From positions 1,674,001 through 1,738,000 of the forward strand of contig MU004181.1 of the NCBI GenBank assembly GCA_010093605.1: 64,000 bases of DNA. Reading direction: 5' to 3'. Made by a program: the position numbers and the translations under genes. Every line of letters begins with the position of its first letter. The stretch's first letter is position 1. Of this stretch, positions 1 to 12,276 are shown in pieces. This DNA is from Lophium mytilinum. Taxonomy: Eukaryota. The notes under the pieces were generated by a model. The model searched no databases and was not told the origin of the DNA. It worked only from the letters and a program-made list of their open reading frames with translations.

Positions 1-236
1 CATCTTAAAAACGCATGCTCGGCAGCCTCTGTGCCTTTAGAGGTGTATTAGGAGCCTGGACGAGAACAAATGCTTAGGAGTGTCGGGATCACGTTCGCGA
101 TAGAGGCGCGTGTGAGGTTTGTGAGGTCTCGCCGAAGTGCGCGATGCGGGGTATGGTCACCCGTATGTTGCGGTAGACGAAGCGGGCGAATTAATTCTCC
201 CCCAGCTCTCCTCCACTACAACCTACAATCGCAGTC

Positions 237-1263
237 ATGCCTCGAAAACGAAAGCTCCCCGAACTCAGTGAAGATGTCACGGCGACCGTGCCCTCTTTAT
301 CCGACCCTGTCAAGAAGCAGAAGAGGCCTGCCCTGCCTGACCCTCCTGTGCAGGTCTCCAACTCAAAACCACGACCTCGACCATCCTACAAGCCGAACTC
401 AAAACCCTCCGGCCCGCCAACATCGAATCCAAATTCCCTCAATTCCCTGAAGACTCGGATCCGAAACCTCAAACGCCTCCTCGAACACACTGATCATGAC
501 AGAGGCTACAAAATGCCAGCTGGCGTGCGCATTGTCCGTGAGCGCGAGCTAGCGACCTGCGAGCACGATCTAGAGGAGAAGACAAGCGCTGCAAAGGACT
601 CAAAACACAGGCAGAAATTGATCGGTAGATATCACCAGGTGCGGTTCTTTGGTAAGTACACCTTTTGCATTGGTATTATGAAGGGAAAGCCTTGTCTAAT
701 GCTACCTAGAACGTCAAAAGGCTACCCGTGTACTGAAGAAGATTCGTCGCGAACTCGAAGCTGCGACTAATCCGGCAGAGAAAGAAGAGGTGCTCCGCAG
801 AGTGCATGTCGCTGAAGTGGATCTGAACTACACGATGTACTACCCTCTTGTGCGACCCTACTCTGCACTATTTCCAAAGAACCAAGGCGACGGACCTACG
901 ACGCGGTCATATCCCACACCGGATGTCGAAGAAGACAGCGCAGGGGGCCAGGATGCGAGGACTTTTGAAGATCGAAAGGCGGCACCGAGTACCAAAGGTG
1001 ACCCCACCATGTGGAAGGCGGTAGAGCGAGCAATGGAAGAAGGCACTTTAGATGCCCTTCGGAATAGCAAGCCCCTAGAACGGGTTTCTCAAGCGACAAA
1101 ACAGCTACAAATTGCAAAGAAGGAAAGCGATCCGAGGCGGAAGCATAGTCAAAAGGAGAAAGGACGGGATCCACGAGGGACCTACACGAAGCCCGGTACC
1201 GGGCGTACCACTGATGATCTTATTAGCGAGAATGAAGACAGCGATGGCGGGTTTTTCGAGTAG
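237..1263 (+). CDS. EFG1: rRNA-processing protein Efg1 (2 exons; intron 652-709)
   Basis: Motifs LKTRIRNLKRLL, YHQVRFF|ERQKATR and HVAEVDLNYTMYYPL; a GTAAGT...CTAAT...TAG intron joins ORFs 237-770 and 790-1263 in frame; acidic C-terminus ending DGGFFE. Confidence 0.9.
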
Positions 1264-2638
1264 AGCGTGCGTGCCTTCATCAACGGTACAAAGAGAGCGG
1301 GTCGGCGCGAGCTGTTCTGGTCGGCGGAGAACTACTGCGGATTCGGATTGAGCGTACAGCACGCGGAACCAAGATCCACGGCATTCAGGCCTTAGTGGCT
1401 CTACGAGGGTTCGGGAAGATGCTGGGCTTCCTGGGCCCGCATGTTACTTGGTACTCTTCAGAGATGGTAGAACCTCAAACAGACAGGCTTCGATACCAAC
1501 ATCCATGAAAGCCAGAAAACAAACAATCCATAATTTGTTCATCAACATTGACAGCACGTGACCTTTTCCAATCGTCACGCTCTTCGATACATGAATGAGG
1601 AGACCTCGGGAGATGATAACCTGTGTAGTGAATGGTAGCAGAGCTCCCGTCTATTTATTGATATATGGGGACGTAGGATTACGGAGCACGCTTGCAGGGA
1701 GCCCATCATGTCACCGGCATTCTGAGGCCATGGTAATTAGGATATTCTCGTGGGAGTTGAGGCAGTGCAGCATGCATGGAAATTGTCTCATCATCAGCAA
1801 AGGAAACTGAGGCTGTGGAACGAGGATCTGGTCAGGGAGCGGGTGGCTTGGAGAATCGGAGCTACCTATCACAAACCCCAGCACCACCCCGGAATGTTTC
1901 ATCGCCAAGCTGCAAGCACAATCCTCGTCGGCGATGCTGCTTGTACCCTGAACTCCTACCTCCTACCGGCTCAGATGAGCACAGCAGCTTTCAGGGTCGC
2001 CATCCTTCGCCCTTCATCCTTCTCTTCACCATCAGCATCGTCATCGTCCCCTCTCCACTGCACTTTCGGACGACCTTGTGCCGACCTAACTAATTTGGAC
2101 TGCCCGCTGACTCCCGGGGAGCATAGGGCGAGTGATGATCTCAATCTAAGTGCTAGCATGGGCCGAGAATCGTGGAGTAGCGCGTGCTCCTCAACCCGGA
2201 AGCATGCCCAAGGCCGAGCGACGTCGCGCTGCGACCTGCGATGATGTGACAGCATCATGCGCCCCACACCCACCGCACCCCAGAAGCGCTGCCGCTGTTA
2301 AGGACGCCGTGCGGGGCCTGCCACTAGGACCACCGTCAGCGCGAGACACTAGTAAGTAGTTCAGGTGCAGATTTAAGGGTGGTTGCCCTGAATGCCGTCG
2401 TTGGAGTAGGCGTGGCTGTATATATTAGAAAGCTCGAACGTCCAACTTCATCTTAATACTTCGAGCCCCTCTCCCAGTGTACCGTTTCGTGTAACCTCGT
2501 ACTCTTCCACCCAACTCCATTCCGCCGCGACGTGAATCACCTGTTCCTATAAGACCGTCTCTCAGCCTCAAATCCCCTACGCGCCACTCTACATGCTAGG
2601 AGTTTGAGCTCGCCGTTCCGTTCCTTCTGTTCTGCATC

Positions 2639-4303
2639 ATGGGCTGGTTAAAGCTCGCCGTTGTTGGAGCGTTGCTGCCTGCTGCGTTTGCGGCCCCTCA
2701 AAGGAAGATCCGTCAGAGTTATGACGACGAGGCGAAACGAGCACAGGCAGTGAAGGACGCGTTCACATTCTCTTGGAATGGCTACAAGACCTACGCATTT
2801 CCTCATGATGAGCTCTACCCGGTCAGCAACAAGTTCGGCGATTCAAGGTGAGCAATACGCCAAACATAGTACAGGGGACGGGATACTCATAGCATCTAGA
2901 AACGGCTGGGGTGCCTCCGCCGTGGATGCTCTCAGCACAGCTTTGGTCATGGAGCTTTCTGATGTCGTGAACGAGATCATCGAGTACGTCCCGACCATAG
3001 ACTTTTCCAAGACTAGTACCGAGGTCAGCCTATTCGAGACCACCATCCGCTATCTTGGGGGCATGCTGGCTGGATATGATTTCCTGAAAGGCCCACTATC
3101 GGGCATAGCAAAAAATGTGAGCTGCATTGTTGATGTTTCCATTTTCAGAACTCATCCGATAGTAGGAAAGCAACGTCGATGCATTGCTTGCTCAAGCCAA
3201 GAATCTTGCTAATGTTCTGTCATTCGCATTCGATACTCCAACAGGAATCCCGTTCAACGATCTCTACCTTGGAAATCGCTCGCATATTGATTCATTCCAA
3301 GGACTGGCAACCACTGGAACTCTCATCCTCGAATGGACCCGTCTTTCCGATCTCACTGGAAATCAGACTTATGCAGAGTTGAGCCAAAAGGCGGAATCCT
3401 ATCTACTTAATCCCCAGCCAGCTTCCAGCTCGCCATGGCCGGGCCTTCTGGGTTACAGCATCAATGTCACCACAGGACAGTTCCAGGACGACTTTGGTGG
3501 CTGGATCGGCGGGGCTGATTCGTACTACGAGTACCTAATCAAAATGTTTGTCTACGATCCCACTCGATTCAAGGAATACAGTACCTAGTAAGTGTCACCT
3601 GATTGCTCATTCTACCATCCAGTTCTGACCTCACTATAGCTGGTCTACCGTTGCCGACTCTACGATAGCACACCTAACGACTCATCCCAAGACGCGACCA
3701 GACATCACTTTTGTTGCTGAATATAACGGAAAGACCTTGATAGAGAGCTCTCAGCACCTTGCATGCTTTCATGGCGGTAACTTCCTGCTCGGTGGAACGG
3801 TCCTGAAGGAGCAAAAGTATATTAACTACGGCCTTGACTTAGTCGACGGCTGCCGTGCTACCTACGCCTCAACAGCCACCGGCATTGGCCCCGAAGTTTT
3901 CGGGTGGAATGCTTCCGCTGTTCCCACCGGCCAAAAAGACTTCTTCCAGAAGAACGGATTCTACATTACTACCGCAAGCTACGATTTGCGCCCGGAGGTC
4001 ATCGAATCTTACTATTACGCTTACCGTGTCACTGGAGACACCAAGTACCAGGACTGGGCCTGGGAAGCCTTCTTGGCCATCAATTCTACTTGCGCGGCGA
4101 ACTCGGGCTATTCGGCCGTGGAGAACGTGAACGTCGTAGGAGGCGGGGCAAAGCTAGACTTCCAGGAGAGCTTTTGGTACGCGGAGGTCATGAAGTATGC
4201 GTACTTGATACATGCACCGGAGGCAGAGTGGCAGGTAGATGGCAACGGGAACAACAAGTGGGTGTTCAACACTGAAGCACATCCATTCAAGGTTGTGGGT
4301 TAG
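2639..4303 (+). CDS. Secreted class I alpha-1,2-mannosidase, GH47 (msdS/mns1B-like; 4 exons)
   Basis: Signal peptide [20 protein letters not shown]47 motifs [73 protein letters not shown]. Confidence 0.95.
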
Positions 4304-5032
4304 CTCGTTCCAAAGAATATTATTAGTAGCTGAGTGCAGAAGACAGTGGGTTCCATTCAAAAGCCCTGATGCAAACAAGACAAGTCAAACTTCACAGGCC
4401 CGGCAGATACGTTATGATCCGACAGCACTTTTTCAAGGGTTAGGATTTCTCATGCTGAACGCTATGTTATAGACGTCGTCGAAGATCACGTGTTTTGTAC
4501 AACCCGAAATGTTAGACTAATGTGTTGTCTCGTACCAAGCCTAATTCTATAGTGTAATGAAATAACGAAGCTTCGCAATGTGCATGCTTGTAGTGCCAAG
4601 ATACACACCATCTGGGCCGATTCTATATATTTGCTTTCGGCAAACATGGACCCAATATTCTCCATGAACATGGGGCATGGGGATTGTCGGAACTCCGATC
4701 GTGCTGTATGCAGTACTACCGACTTCAGCCCTAGTACCTAATCTCACTCAACTCAACCTGACAACGACGTCAAACCCGCAAAAAAGCGCTTCCGTAGGAC
4801 ATCAGCGCCGCAAAACAAATCAAAGGACCAAGCAAAGTTCCGTCAATCTTACACCACCCGGCAAAAACAATTCGATCACCACAATCCCCCCCTCAAACCG
4901 GCCACTCTTCCACTTTTCCCCTCCGCAAACGCCCTTCGAAATTTAGACACCCCATCCCATATCAAGAAAGAATTCACACCCCCAGCGCCCACCCCACCAT
5001 TTTCCCCGCAAAATATCCCGCCGCCGCCCACC

Positions 5033-5788
5033 ATGAGTGCCCAGCCCCCGAAACCCACCATCCTCTGCTTCCACGGCTCCGGCTCCAACGCCATGATCTT
5101 CAACGTGCAGCTCGCGCGTCTCGCACGCCTACTCCGGCCGACGTTTGACCTCGTCATCCTCGACGGACCGTTCGTCGGCGCGTCTGGCCCCGGAATTCTG
5201 CCGTTTTTCGAGGACTGCGGGCCCTACACTTACTGGACGCACCCGGCACGCAACGGCACTACCGGCTCCGACAAAGGCACCGGGATTGAGGGCGTCATGT
5301 TGCCGGAAGTCGCGGACGTGATTATGAAGGCGGTGAGGGAGGTGGAGGCGAAGGGGGGAGAGGTGGTTGGGGCGTGTGGGTTTAGTCAGGGGAGTCGGGT
5401 GGTGGCTGGGTTGTTGAAGGCACAGGAGGAGGTGGAGAGGCGGGGGAAAGGGGGTGGTGAAGCGGTGGGAGGGTTGAAGACGAGGTTGAGGTTTGGGGTT
5501 AGTTTCATGGGGTCGTATCCGCCGCCGCTGGTGCCAGCTGAGCTGCAGACGAAGAAGGATGGGAACGCGGATGTGGTGGGGGAAGAGAGGATTAAGACGC
5601 CAACGCTACATGTTGTAGGCGAGAACGATAAGTGGAATTATGTTGGGAAGAAGATGGTTGATGAGTGCTTTGATGCAAGCACGGCGAAGATAATCAGCGT
5701 TGAGACCGAACACCATATGCCTATCAGCGTAGAAGAGAACGAGATGGTTAAGGAGGAGATCATGAGACTATGGAAGGAGGGTAAATAG
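5033..5788 (+). CDS. FSH1-family serine hydrolase/esterase
   Basis: ILCFHGSGSN N-terminus, GFSQG nucleophile elbow, PTLHVVGEND and HHMP (Asp/His of the triad); single exon, 251 aa. Confidence 0.88.
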   Translation: MSAQPPKPTILCFHGSGSNAMIFNVQLARLARLLRPTFDLVILDGPFVGASGPGILPFFEDCGPYTYWTHPARNGTTGSDKGTGIEGVMLPEVADVIMKAVREVEAKGGEVVGACGFSQGSRVVAGLLKAQEEVERRGKGGGEAVGGLKTRLRFGVSFMGSYPPPLVPAELQTKKDGNADVVGEERIKTPTLHVVGENDKWNYVGKKMVDECFDASTAKIISVETEHHMPISVEENEMVKEEIMRLWKEGK

Positions 5789-5847
5789 GAGGTTCATCGG
5801 TAGCTTGTTGCGCACATTAGTACTAGAGGGTTGCTAGAGGGGCGTCA

Positions 5848-5879
5848 TTACGAGTTCAGGTAGTTACGAGTTCAGGTAG
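5848..5879. repeat. 16-bp perfect tandem duplication (TTACGAGTTCAGGTAG x2)
   Basis: Read directly, in the convergent 3' region between the FSH1 gene and APL4. Confidence 0.85.
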
Positions 5880-6031
5880 ATTGACAGCATTGTTTCATGA
5901 AGCACGTTGAACCGCCAATGCATATGTATGCCTTGTCGCTATCATTTCTATGCCTCTGCAATCCGTATACATCGTCTCTTCCTCATAGCCCAATCAATGG
6001 CTAACTCAGACAACCCGCCGGCTGCCGGCTC

Positions 6032-8913
6032 TCAGGCCGGTTCCGACCAGTCCACTTGTTCATGGACAGTACCAGCGCTACTACTCGAATAACTTATCTT
6101 CAGCCTCAATCTGAGCCTCGCAGGTGGTGTCTGAAACATAAGTTAGCTACATATAATACACTGCAAGTGATGTACTTACCCCATTTACGGCTGTTACCCT
6201 CATCTGCTGAGTTGCTTCTTGCCCACCGTCCAGTTCAGCTTGACTGATGGGTTGTAGTTGCAGCTTCTGGCTCTTTGGTACTGCTGCTTGAAGGGACACG
6301 CCTCCAAGATGATCGAAAGCGCCAGTGTTTCGGAAACGGGCCAAAACTTGTACTGCAGTGGCGTTGCGCTGAAGTTGGAAGGTGATTTGGAGATCGTTTT
6401 TGTTGTAGGCAGGATGCGCTGGTGGACCCGAGACTGGAGGAGGCGAGGCCTGTGGCGGAGGCGTGGACATGCTACTGAAAAGATCCACATTTGATGATGG
6501 TGGTTGTTGCATTGTAGGTTGTGGCGTAGTGGTGGAAGGCGTGTCGAAGAGATCCATTATTGAGCTGACGTTGGACTTCGGCGGCTGTGATGTCGTCTGT
6601 CCTCCAGGTGACGAGAGTGATGAGCCACCAAGAATATCCGCGAGAAGATCTGCGTTATTCTGAGAGCCGTTCGTTGGGGCATTGAGCTCTGATGGCATAT
6701 CAGATCCACCCATGAGATCGAGCAGCATGTCTTCGCCAGTTATTTGGGAGGGCTTCTTCTTGGCGACCTTTGAATGGCGCTTCTTCGTAGCTTCCCCGAG
6801 AACTCGCTGTTCTTCGCGTATCTCTGGAGCGGGCATCTTCTCTAGCACGCCCCTCCTGACTTGGTCATAGCCGAACAAGTTGACATACTCCACTGACCGT
6901 TGCTGGATCTCAACGTCAAGATTGGTTTGGTTTCGTAGAAGCAGTCGTCTTAGTCTTTCGATTTGCGCAGCGTCAGTCATACGCGTGGTGAGCTTCATTG
7001 CCGCCGTGATGATGTACTCGGTAACGATCTGGCCAGCGTAGCTGCTGTTGAGAATGGTCTCAAATAGGTCCACAAGATCATGTTCTTTGACCTCTTTGAC
7101 AAGTTCTTCTTCTTCGTATTGCCCTCCTCTTAACAGTGCATCACCATACTCTCCGATTACCCATGAGCCAGCGAGGGTTAGACCATCCTGGGTGATGTCG
7201 TCCTTAAGTGCTGCATATAGTTTTTGTACCGAGTAGGTTTGCAGTTCAGGGGTCGTTGCGATGAGTCTGACAAAGGATGAAAGGATTTGTTCCTTGACGT
7301 AGTTGCCGGCCTAAAGGACGCTATCAGTACCATCCCAGAAAGTCAAAAGTAGAGAGAATTGAGAACCGACTTACCAGTTTCAGAACTCTTAGCATCGTAT
7401 CAACATGCCATCTTTTATTTGGCGCAAATCGATCCGCTGCAATGCCAATTTGGGAGGTCATTATAGGCTTGAACTCATTGTCTGCGACTTCGAGGAAAGC
7501 AAGCAATTCTCTGATCAGTACCCGTACGTTGCTCTCGTTGATCAACGTGAAGCTCAGATCGAGCGCTCTTCTTCGGATACTGATGTCGGGGTCTCGTAGA
7601 CAATCCAGAATGGTATTTCGATGTCTCTGGACCGCATTGGGTTCCACAGCTACGACCTTGATGAGAGTGTTCAATGCAACGTAGCGGATATTATTGTCCC
7701 GATTGGAGAGAAATTTTCCGAGAATATTAACACCCAGCACCCGAAGGCCTGAATCGGCTTCGATGTCAAGAATAGTCAAGACTGCTTCGTATAGAATCGA
7801 GTTGCCGACGTTCTTCGAAGCTTCAGTGTTTGTCGCAACCTATTGGGGGTTAGCTGAGTTTCCTATTTGTGTTCCTTCTAAGTTTGGAGCTGAAAACATT
7901 CAACCTACCTGTGCAAGAATGTCGTTAATCTGTTCGCTTGTCTGAGTGTCCCCTCGACCGAGTACACGCAGCAACTGAAGGATCTTGACTTGAAGAAAGG
8001 GGTCCGTAATTCCGGTGACATCGTGTTCCGGAGCATATCCCGAGCTCGATAGCTGCTTCAGTAGCTTGACCAAGCTTGGCACAAGCGGCCGGAATTTGTC
8101 CACTATGTCATTCTCTCCATCCTCGAGTTCGTCGGCCTCACACATGCTTGTAACTAGTGTCAAGCCACATAGCAGCACGCCATGGTTTCGATCTTGAAGC
8201 AATAGCTTTGACTTTTCCAAAAAGTGTTCTTGCAGATCTGGGACTTTGCGACATATCCGCATCGCACAGAGGGCAGCTTTCCGGCGTATGTATGGATTTG
8301 CACTTGATATTATCGTCTCGACTTCCGGGAAAAGGTCTCGGGACATTTCAACGGAGGCGATGTTTGCAAGAGTGCACAAAGCGAGACCAACGATATACTG
8401 GTTCGGGTGGTTAAGATCACTGATGACCCGTATCGTTAGCACAAGTGGCTAGTCTAATCACAACAAAGCTGGTCTTACTTTTTCAGAGAATTTGTGACCA
8501 AAGTAAGGACTTCTTGGTTCTCATCGAGTAGCAGCATGGTCCCCAAATATCCCAATCGCTTGTCCGCAAACCGCGGGGATGCTAGCAGCTTCAGACATTC
8601 TATTTGCCCAAAGTGTGTTCGTTCTCCCAGGGTGAATAGGTAGAGGAGCTTCGCGACATTGTTTCTCCTGCTGTTTTCTCAGCAACTCCATACAAGCATG
8701 GTCAGGGCAGCATACGCACCGAACATTATGGTCGCCGCTCTCTTCCCTGAAGCTTGCCCGGATCGCAGCACTCTCTTTCTGCACGACGGCGCGCTCGTCC
8801 GCAATTGTCTTTGCCGCGCGCACATTCCGGATGAACTGCTTTACTAGTACATGTCAGTACTGCGGTGCGAACAGCATTCGGTGAAGGGATGCCTAGAGCG
8901 TACGGGAACTCAT
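6032..8913 (-). CDS. APL4: AP-1 adaptor complex gamma subunit (multi-exon)
   Basis: [58 protein letters not shown], gamma-ear motif [14 protein letters not shown]-terminus [12 protein letters not shown] at 8913 with a tiny first exon. Confidence 0.95.
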
Positions 8914-9542
8914 TGTGGTGGCCTCATAGACCCCGCCTCGGGCGGCGGAAGGTGTGTGATGGAGTCTGTGGTTCGAGAGGAAGGCTAGGCGTATAGAATG
9001 TAGTGAGCAGGGTAACCGTGTGAGGAGGACGCCTTCATGGTATTTCTGCTCCCCTGTCTGCAATACTTGTGAGCGTAGCACGACGGTGAGAGACAACTTT
9101 GGCTATGTCGCGTTGGGTAAGCGCGCCCAGAGATCCTAATCAGATAAGATTGGCCGTGCCCAGAGCTACTGCCAGACGTGCTCGAACTTACGCATAGTCT
9201 TTCGTCTATTTTTGACCTCTGATGTCAGCTGCAGCTCAATATCCCGAGGCTTCTCGACGCTTGGTGTTGGCCCCGAAGCAACACTCTGCCACGGTATACG
9301 AAGGGCCTCTTTGAGTCTACAAGTCTCCTCGATCGCCCTCCAAAAGCCTATGTTGCTGAGCCATCAGCTTTCAGCCTTGGTCTAAATTCAAACAGTATAT
9401 CCGCCGGGACACTGCCACATCTGACACCACGCCGTCCGGACACGGTGTTGATCTTCGTGTGAGATACCATCCCAAGGATTATTTAACCCTCCACACTTCT
9501 CTCTTACTGGCCTCGTTCTCTAAGTATGCTATCGTAACCAAC

Positions 9543-11508
9543 ATGAATGAATCCAGCTCAATTGATCCACGAAATCTGGACGGCCATCTGGAGGTAATCC
9601 AGCCACGCGCAAGGAAGCCAGGAAATCCCCAGATACTCCGCGCGCAGTTTGATGATGGTGGTTTGAGGCCAAATGGCGCTTTGCAGTCGAGCTCCAACGT
9701 GTCGAGGTAGATGGTTCTCAATATTCTACTTAAAGTGCCTCAGAGCTAATAGAAGCAGCCGGAGTTCGACACCGATACCCCCAGATGCCCCACCCTCCGT
9801 GCATGCGACTTCTTCTGCGCGCAAGCAAATTCGGGCTGAGCAGAAGCAGCGACTCTTTCCCACAGTAGAGTATGCTGCTCGGGTCTCACATTTTGATCCG
9901 AAGAGCGATTATAGGGACTTCAGGGGATTTTTCGTGCTCTTTTGGATAGGCCTAGCGATCATGGTCATAAGCACGATGCTGCGGAATCTGAAAGAGACTG
10001 GCTACCCGTTATCCATAAGGCAATGGGGGTTATTCACCGAAAACGTTTGGGAGCTAGGACTCAGTGACGGCGCCATGGTCGGCAGCACAGCTTTGATCTT
10101 ACCCATGCACAGAATGTATAGTCGGAATGACGGAATTTTCCGATGGACCAAACTCGGCATGGCTATCCAGAGCATCTTCCAAATATTTTGGTTAGCTTTC
10201 TGGGTCGAGTAAGTTGATGCGATCCCAGTGTAGGGATGCAATTGCTGATGTGCTGCAAAGTTGGCCATTTCTACGGAACTGGACATGGACAGCTCAGGTG
10301 TTCTTTACTTTGCATCTTCTCGCCATTTTCATGAAGATGCACTCATACGCGTAGGGAACTCTTCTACTTTGACAGTCCGTCCGTGTGCTAAGTTGGATGC
10401 AGTTTTTATAATGGACATCTCAGCGAAACGCGACGCCGCTTGAATGATTTAGATCACCCGGATTCTGCGTCCAAAGCAGCTGCATACAAATATCCACGTC
10501 CGAAAGCGCACCTTCAAGATTCTTCACAGGTCGACCATGCTGAAAGAGAACGAGAAAACGGGGAAAACCTCCTTAAGCTTCGTGAGGATCTCGCCTACGA
10601 GTTAACTTCTCCGCTCGGTCATGTAAGCTACCCCCAAAACCTCACATGGGGCAACTACGTGGATTACATATTTTGCCCGACCTTATGCTACGAGCTCGAG
10701 TATCCCAGGACCCCTAATACTCAATGGCTCGAGTTATTCTACAAGACGCTGGCCGTTTTTGGATGTATCTTCCTAATGACGGTTGCGAGTGAAGAATTCG
10801 TCATTCCAGTTTTGGACGAGTCTGCCATCAGGTTACAGAGCTCTCGCAGTATATCCGACTTTACCTTGATCATGGCGGAGACTATAAGTACACTCCTGTT
10901 CCCATTCATGGTCATCTTCTTGCTTGTATTCTTGGTCATCTTTGAGTATATTCTTGGAGCTTTTGCGGAAATAACTAGTAGGTTCATTTCTCGGCGTAAA
11001 CCCATACATCAAATCCAGGTACTAAATGAATTATAGAATTCGCGGATCGCCAGTTCTACGCAGACTGGTGGAATAGTTGCGATTGGCTTGAATTCTCACG
11101 CGAGTGGAATAAGCCAGTTCACCATTTCTTCCGACGCCACGTCTATTCCGCGTCCCGTGGCCATCTTTCGCGACCGGTTGCGACTGTGATTACCTTCTTC
11201 ATCAGTGCCCTGGCACATGAGCTCGTCATGGGCTGTATCACCAAGAAACTGCGAGGGTATGGCTTCTTTGCCATGATGCTGCAGATGCCAATTGTCATGG
11301 TGCAGCGGTCAAGGTTTGTCAGGGGCCGAACGCTTCTCAATGTGAGTGTCGTTGTATCAAATAACTTCGATTGTGTACTGACAGCTATAGAATGTTCTCT
11401 TCTGGTGTTCCATGATCCTAGGGCTGTCTATGGTACGGTGACTCCCTCGTTACGTCCATTTATCAAGCTTACATGAATCAGATGTGCGCGCTCTACGTCC
11501 TCGTATGA
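9543..11508 (+). CDS. ARE2: Sterol O-acyltransferase (MBOAT; Are1/Are2/ACAT family; multi-exon)
   Basis: DFRGFFVLFW, MKMHSYA|FYNGH, YPQNLT, PTLCYELEYPRT, FADRQFYADWWNS, WNKPVHHF and catalytic SALAHELV; several TM segments. Confidence 0.92.
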
Positions 11509-12276
11509 ATACGTCCCAGTACAAAGTTTTGAATATATGAGAACATGTATAGATTGATGGTAGGCGGTGTATTGGATTGGAGATTGGGATTGCATTGGCC
11601 TCACGAGATACCCTTCTTTGCATACTGTGCATCATTATAGATTACTTTCTTAGCATTTTGGCACTTGACAGGACGTTCTTGCTCCTTCGTTTGCTCATTA
11701 TTCTTTAACACGCCCAATATACGAACACAAATGGAGGCTAAGCAGAAATCCGTGCAGCTTGCTCCATGATGACTTCCACTAACGACGGTGCTCAAATCAT
11801 CTATAGCAAATCCATTTTAAAACAGAGGAGACCCCACACTCGCCATAAAACACGAGCCATGCTGGGAATCTGCCTCTCCCATAGAAAACTCGCATGACGT
11901 TTGCTGAAGTGACTAGACTTAACCGGCTGTGAGCCTCGCATTGCCCTCACTAGGCCGTGCGCGGGCAGGGATGATCTCCATATGACGTGGGGTGAGCAAG
12001 CAAGAACCTCGATTGAGAGCCGCCCGCAACCATGTGAATACATATCACCAACATACAGGTACGGCCTTAAGTGACGCAGCATTGCCTCTCGCACGGCAAG
12101 CATATCCTGACCTTCACACGACCCTCTTTTGTTTCCCAAGCCTTACGTACGTAGCCTCTCATCTCTCCAGGTCCCGCCCCCGGAAACTGCGGAGAAGCCC
12201 CAGATATTAATAGCGCAATTGCAGTATATTCACACTCCTCAAGTAACGCAAACTGTCCCAATGACTGTACCTCGAA

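Noticed and set aside
1595..2360. Several overlapping ORFs upstream of the mannosidase
   Set aside because: No recognisable motifs, low complexity, mostly non-ATG starts; likely promoter or intergenic DNA.
5033..5788. FSH1 esterase as marker of a polyketide cluster
   Set aside because: No PKS, NRPS, tailoring enzymes or cluster TF nearby; neighbours are housekeeping genes.
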